Assembly (NCBI GenBank): GCA_002189035.1
Contig: NEEC01000467.1
Coordinates: 1 to 15,219 of the forward strand
DNA: 15,219 bases
Source: Utricularia gibba
Taxonomy: Eukaryota > Plantae > Magnoliophyta
Direction: 5' to 3'
Shown: piece by piece, positions 11,402 through 15,219 of the stretch
Layout: every line of letters starts with the position of its first letter
Numbering within the stretch: position 1 is the first letter of the stretch
The notes under the pieces: model-generated
Told to the model about the DNA's origin: nothing
What the model saw: only the letters and a program-made list of their open reading frames with translations
The model's database searches: none
Translations under genes and position numbers: made by a program

Positions 11402-14400
11402 GGGTGCTCATGATATCCTAACTTCAATAACTGCATCACGATTTTCGTCGAGTAGGACCCGATGTGGCAAAGGAGTCAGACCGAACCTATGGTCAGAACG
11501 AAGTTCCAAAAGACATCACCCGCCAGAAACGACAAGCTTTTCCTTGAGAAACCATGTAGGCAGCCTATTAAAACCCAACGTTAATAAATGCATCACTTTT
11601 TTTGACAGGCTAAAATGACTCTGGCGAGCCCGACTCGACCTTTTGCCCGATACCGTGCCCCACTAGAGCGCCTCTCAACTACAAAGCATGCGATTGAAAA
11701 GCATTTTGGGTGCTCATGAAATCCTAACTTCAATAACTGCATCACGATTTTCGTCGAGTAGGACCAGATTTGGCAAAGGAGACAGACCGAACCTTGGGTC
11801 AGAACGAAGTTCACAACGACATCACCGCCCCAAAAACGACAAGCTTTTCCTTGAGAAAACCATTGAGGCAGCCTATTAAAACCAAACCGTTAATAAATGC
11901 ATCAAGTTTTTTTGCCGAGCTACAAATGACTATGGGCCCGAGCTCGACTCGACCTCCTACTCGATACCGTTGCCCCACGAGAGCACCTTATCAAATATAA
12001 AGCATGCGGTTGAGAAAACCATTTTGGGTGCTCATGAAATCCTAACTTCAATAACTGCATCACGATTTTCGTCGAGTAGGACCCGATGTGGCAAAGGAGT
12101 CAGACCGAACTATGGTCAGAACGAAGTTCCAAAAGACATCACCCGCCCAGAAACGACAAGCTTTTCCTTGAGAAACCATGTAGGCAGCCTATTAAAACCC
12201 AACGTTAATAAATGCATCACTTTTTTTGACAGGCTAAAATGACTCTGGGCGAGCCACTCGACCTTTTGCCCGATACCGTGCCCCACTAGAGCGCTCCTCA
12301 ACTAAAAGCATGCGATTGAAAAAGCATTTTGGGTGCTCATGAAATCCTAACTTCAATAACTGCATCACGATTTTCGTCGAGTAGGACCAGATTTGGCAAA
12401 GGAGACAGACCGAACCTTGGGTCAGAACGAAGTTCACAACGACATCACCCGCCCAAAACGACAAGCTTTTCCTTGAGAAAACCATTGAGGCAGCCTATTA
12501 AAACCAACCGTTAATAAATGCATCAAGTTTTTTGCCGAGCTACAAATGACTATGGGCCCGAGCTCGACTCGACCTCCTACTCGATACCGTTGCCCCACGA
12601 GAGCACCTTATCAAATATAAAGCATGCGGTTGAGAAAACCATTTTGGGTGCTCATGAAATCCTAACTTCAATAACTGCATCACGATTTTCGTCGAGTAGG
12701 ACCCGATGTGGCAAAGGAGTCAGACCGAACCTATGGTCAGAACGAAGTTCCAAAAGACATCACCCGCCCAGAAACGACAAGCTTTTCCTTGAGAAACCAT
12801 GTAGGCAGCCTATTAAAACCCAACGTTAATAAATGCATCACTTTTTTTGCAGGCTAAAATGACTCTGGGAGCGAGCCCGACTCGACCTTTTGCCCGATAC
12901 CGTGCCCCACTAGAGCGCCTCCTCAACTACAAAGCATGCGATTGACAAAAGCATTTTGGGTGCTCATGAAATCCTAACTTCAATAACTGCATCACGATTT
13001 TCGTCGAGTAGGACCAGATTTGGCAAAGGAGACAGACCGAACCTTGGGTCAGAACGAAGTTCACAACGACATCACCCGCCAAAAACGACAAGCTTTTCCT
13101 TGAGAAAACCATTGAGGCAGCCTATTAAAACCAACCGTTAATAAATGCATCAAGTTTTTGCCGAGCTACAAATGACTATGGGCCCGAGCTCGACTCGACC
13201 TCCTACTCGATACCGTTGCCCCACGAGAGCACCTTATCAAATATAAAGCATGCGGTTGAGAAAACCATTTTGGGTGCTCATGAAATCCTAACTTCAATAA
13301 CTGCATCACGATTTTCGTCGAGTAGGACCCGATGTGGCAAAGGAGTCAGACCGAACCTATGGTCAGAACGAAGTTCCAAAAGACATCACCCGCCCAGAAA
13401 CGACAAGCTTTTCCTTGAGAAACCATGTAGGCAGCCTATTAAAACCCAACGTTAATAAATGCATCACTTTTTTTGACAGGCTAAAAATGACTCTGGGAGC
13501 GAGCCCGACTCGACCTTTTGCCCGATACCGTGCCCCACTAGAGCGCCTCAACTACAAAGCATGCGATTGACAAAAGCATTTTGGGTGCTCATGAAATCCT
13601 AACTTCAATAACTGCATCACGATTTTCGTCGAGTAGGACCAGATTTGGCAAAGGAGACAGACCGAACCTTGGGTCAGAACGAAGTTCACAACGACATCAC
13701 CCGCCCAAAAACGACAAGCTTTTCCTTGAGAAAACCATTGAGGCAGCCTATTAAAACCAACCGTTAATAAATGCATCAAGTTTTTTGCCGAGCTACAAAT
13801 GACTATGGGCCCGAGCTCGACTCGACCTCCTACTCGATACCGTTGCCCCACGAGAGCACCTTATCAAATATAAAGCATGCGGTTGAGAAAACCATTTTGG
13901 GTGCTCATGAAATCCTAACTTCAATAACTGCATCACGATTTTCGTCGAGTAGGACCAGATTTGGCAAAGGTGACAGACCGAACCTTGGGTCAGAACGAAG
14001 TTCACAACGACATCACCCGCCCAAAAACGACAAGCTTTTCTTGAGAAAACAATGTAGGTGTTCTATTAAAACCCAACGTTAATTAATGCATCAAGTTTTT
14101 TGCCGAGCTACAAATGACTATGGGCCCGAGCTCGACTCGACCTCCTGCTCGATACCGTTGCCCCACGAGAGCGCCTCCTCAAATATAAAGCATGCGGTAG
14201 AGAAAACCATTTTGGGTGCTCATGACATCCTAACTTCAATAACTGCATCACGATTTTCGTCGAGTAGGACCCGATGTGGCAAAGGAGTCAGACAGAACCT
14301 TGGTCAGCCAATAAAGCCGAACGTTAATAAATGCATCAATTTTTTTGCCGGCTACAAATGACTTGGCCCGAGCTCGACTCGACCTCCTGCTCGATACCGT

Positions 14401-14453
14401 TGCCCCACGAGAGTGCCTTATCAAATATAAAGCATGCGGTTGAAAACCATTTT
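11402..14453 (+). repeat. 10-monomer higher-order unit 3: (AB)x4 + D + internally deleted C, 3052 bp
   Basis: A at 11402, 12026, 12646, 13272; B at 11708, 12331, 12958, 13583; D at 13899; C at 14214 (240 bp). Confidence 0.85.
14214..14453 (+). repeat. Truncated C-type monomer (240 bp) with an internal deletion of about 65 bp
   Basis: Reads CTTGGTCAG|CCAATAAAGCCGAACG at about 14299-14323. The segment AACGAAGTT...AAGCTT...TGTAGGCAG is missing, including the HindIII site present in other monomers. Confidence 0.92.
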
Positions 14454-15219
14454 GGGTGCTCATGAATCCTAACTTCAATAACTGCATCACGATTTTCGTC
14501 GAGTAGGACCGATGTGGCAAAGGAGTCAGACCGAACCTTGGTCAGAACGAAGTTCCAAAAGACATCACCCGCCCCAGAAACGACAAGCTTTTCCTTGAGA
14601 AACCATGTAGGCAGCCTATTAAAACCAACGTTAATAAATGCATTTTTTTTGCCGGCTAAAAATGACTGGGCGAGCCCGACTCGACCTTTTGCCCGATACC
14701 GTGCCCCACGAGAGCGCCCCTCAACTAAAGCATGCGTTGAAAACCATTTTGGGTGCTCATGAAATCCTAACTTCAATAACTGCATCACGATTTTCGTCGA
14801 GTAGGACCAGATTGGCAAAGGACAGACCGAACCTTGGGTCAGAACGAAGTTCACAACGACATCACCCGCCCAAAAACGACAAGCTTTTCCTTGAGAAACC
14901 ATTAGGCAGCCTATTAAAACCAACCGTTAATAAATGCATCAAGTTTTTTGCCGAGCTACAAATGACTATGGGCCCGAGCTCGACTCGACCTCCTATCGAT
15001 ACCGTTGCCCCACGAGAGCACCTTATCAAATATAAAGCATGCGGTTGAGAAAACCATTTTGGGTGCTCATGAATCCTAACTTCAATAACTGCATCACGAT
15101 TTTCGTCGAGTAGGACCCGATGTGGCAAAGGAGTCAGACCGAACCTTGGTCAGAACGAAGTTCCAAAGACATCACCCCCAAACGACAAGCTTTTCCTTGA
15201 GAAACATGTAGGCAGCCTA

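Larger units (their letters stand above)
1..15219. repeat. Tandem satellite DNA array, ~315-bp monomer (48 complete + 2 partial copies), head-to-tail in a single orientation
   Basis: The motif TTTTGGGTGCTCATGAAATCCTAACTTCAATAACTGCATCACGATTTTCGTCGAGTAGGACC recurs with its GGG at 197, 512, 824, 1134, 1449, 1762, 2075, 2383, 2693, 3000, 3312, 3627, 3934, 4241, 4553, 4868, 5179, 5486, 5796, 6107, 6421, 6727, 7041, 7353, 7666, 7973, 8277, 8591, 8904, 9215, 9531, 9844, 10158, 10472, 10788, 11094, 11402, 11708, 12026, 12331, 12646, 12958, 13272, 13583, 13899, 14214, 14454, 14751 and 15061. There is no unique sequence between copies. Monomer 197-511 has 143 G+C in 315 bp by hand count. Confidence 0.99.

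Noticed and set aside
14057-14065. GGTGTTCTA as a conversion from the other half-monomer (GGTGCTCAT)
   Set aside because: The resemblance needs a 1-bp shift away from the otherwise gapless half-to-half alignment, so it may be coincidental.
166-15128. Dozens of 60-195-aa ORFs on both strands (for example MGAHEILTSITASRFSSSRTR..., MHQVFCRATNDYGPELDS...)
   Set aside because: They are translations of the same satellite monomer. Frames shift from copy to copy with homopolymer indels, stops recur (for example GTTAATAAATG), starts are often TTG or GTG, and none resembles a protein family I recognise.
1-15219. CRISPR array, with the invariant 62-bp block as repeat and the rest as spacer
   Set aside because: The intervening sequence is not unique. 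It is ~250 bp of near-identical repeat in a few subtypes, and there are no cas genes or leader.
1-15219. One long repetitive-protein gene, since 315 is divisible by 3
   Set aside because: Monomer lengths vary freely (297-318 bp) with no frame preservation, and the longest ORF in the track is only 195 aa.
1-15219. 5S rDNA, tRNA or snRNA tandem gene array
   Set aside because: I recognise no 5S rRNA, tRNA cloverleaf or snRNA sequence, and no convincing Pol III box A/B/C arrangement in the monomer.

Overview
The whole 15,219-bp window is one uninterrupted, head-to-tail satellite DNA array, most likely eukaryotic and plant-like. I find no credible gene, RNA gene, mobile element or CRISPR array, and every ORF in the track is a repeat-derived artefact. 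Counting from the GGGTGCTCATG motif there are 48 complete monomers of about 305-318 bp (one is 297 bp and one 240 bp) plus two partial ones. One monomer counted by hand is about 55% AT. The array has four nested levels of periodicity: (1) each ~315-bp monomer is an old dimer of ~157-bp halves; (2) the ~315-bp monomer itself; (3) a ~627-bp A-B dimer of two subtypes that are ~88% identical; (4) from 5179 onward, a ~3.1-kb 10-monomer unit, (AB)x4 plus two variant monomers (D, C), seen three times. Subtype order: A(partial) B B' A B A B D C C A B X C' A B B' | ABABABAB B' C' | ABABABAB D C | ABABABAB D C(deleted) | A B partial. Monomer length, base composition and a SacI site resemble my recollection of the Silene latifolia subtelomeric SacI/X43.1 satellite (~313 bp), but this is an unverified hypothesis. 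Many single-base homopolymer losses suggest a long-read consensus, so some intermediate monomers may be assembly artefacts. All counts and alignments were done by eye.
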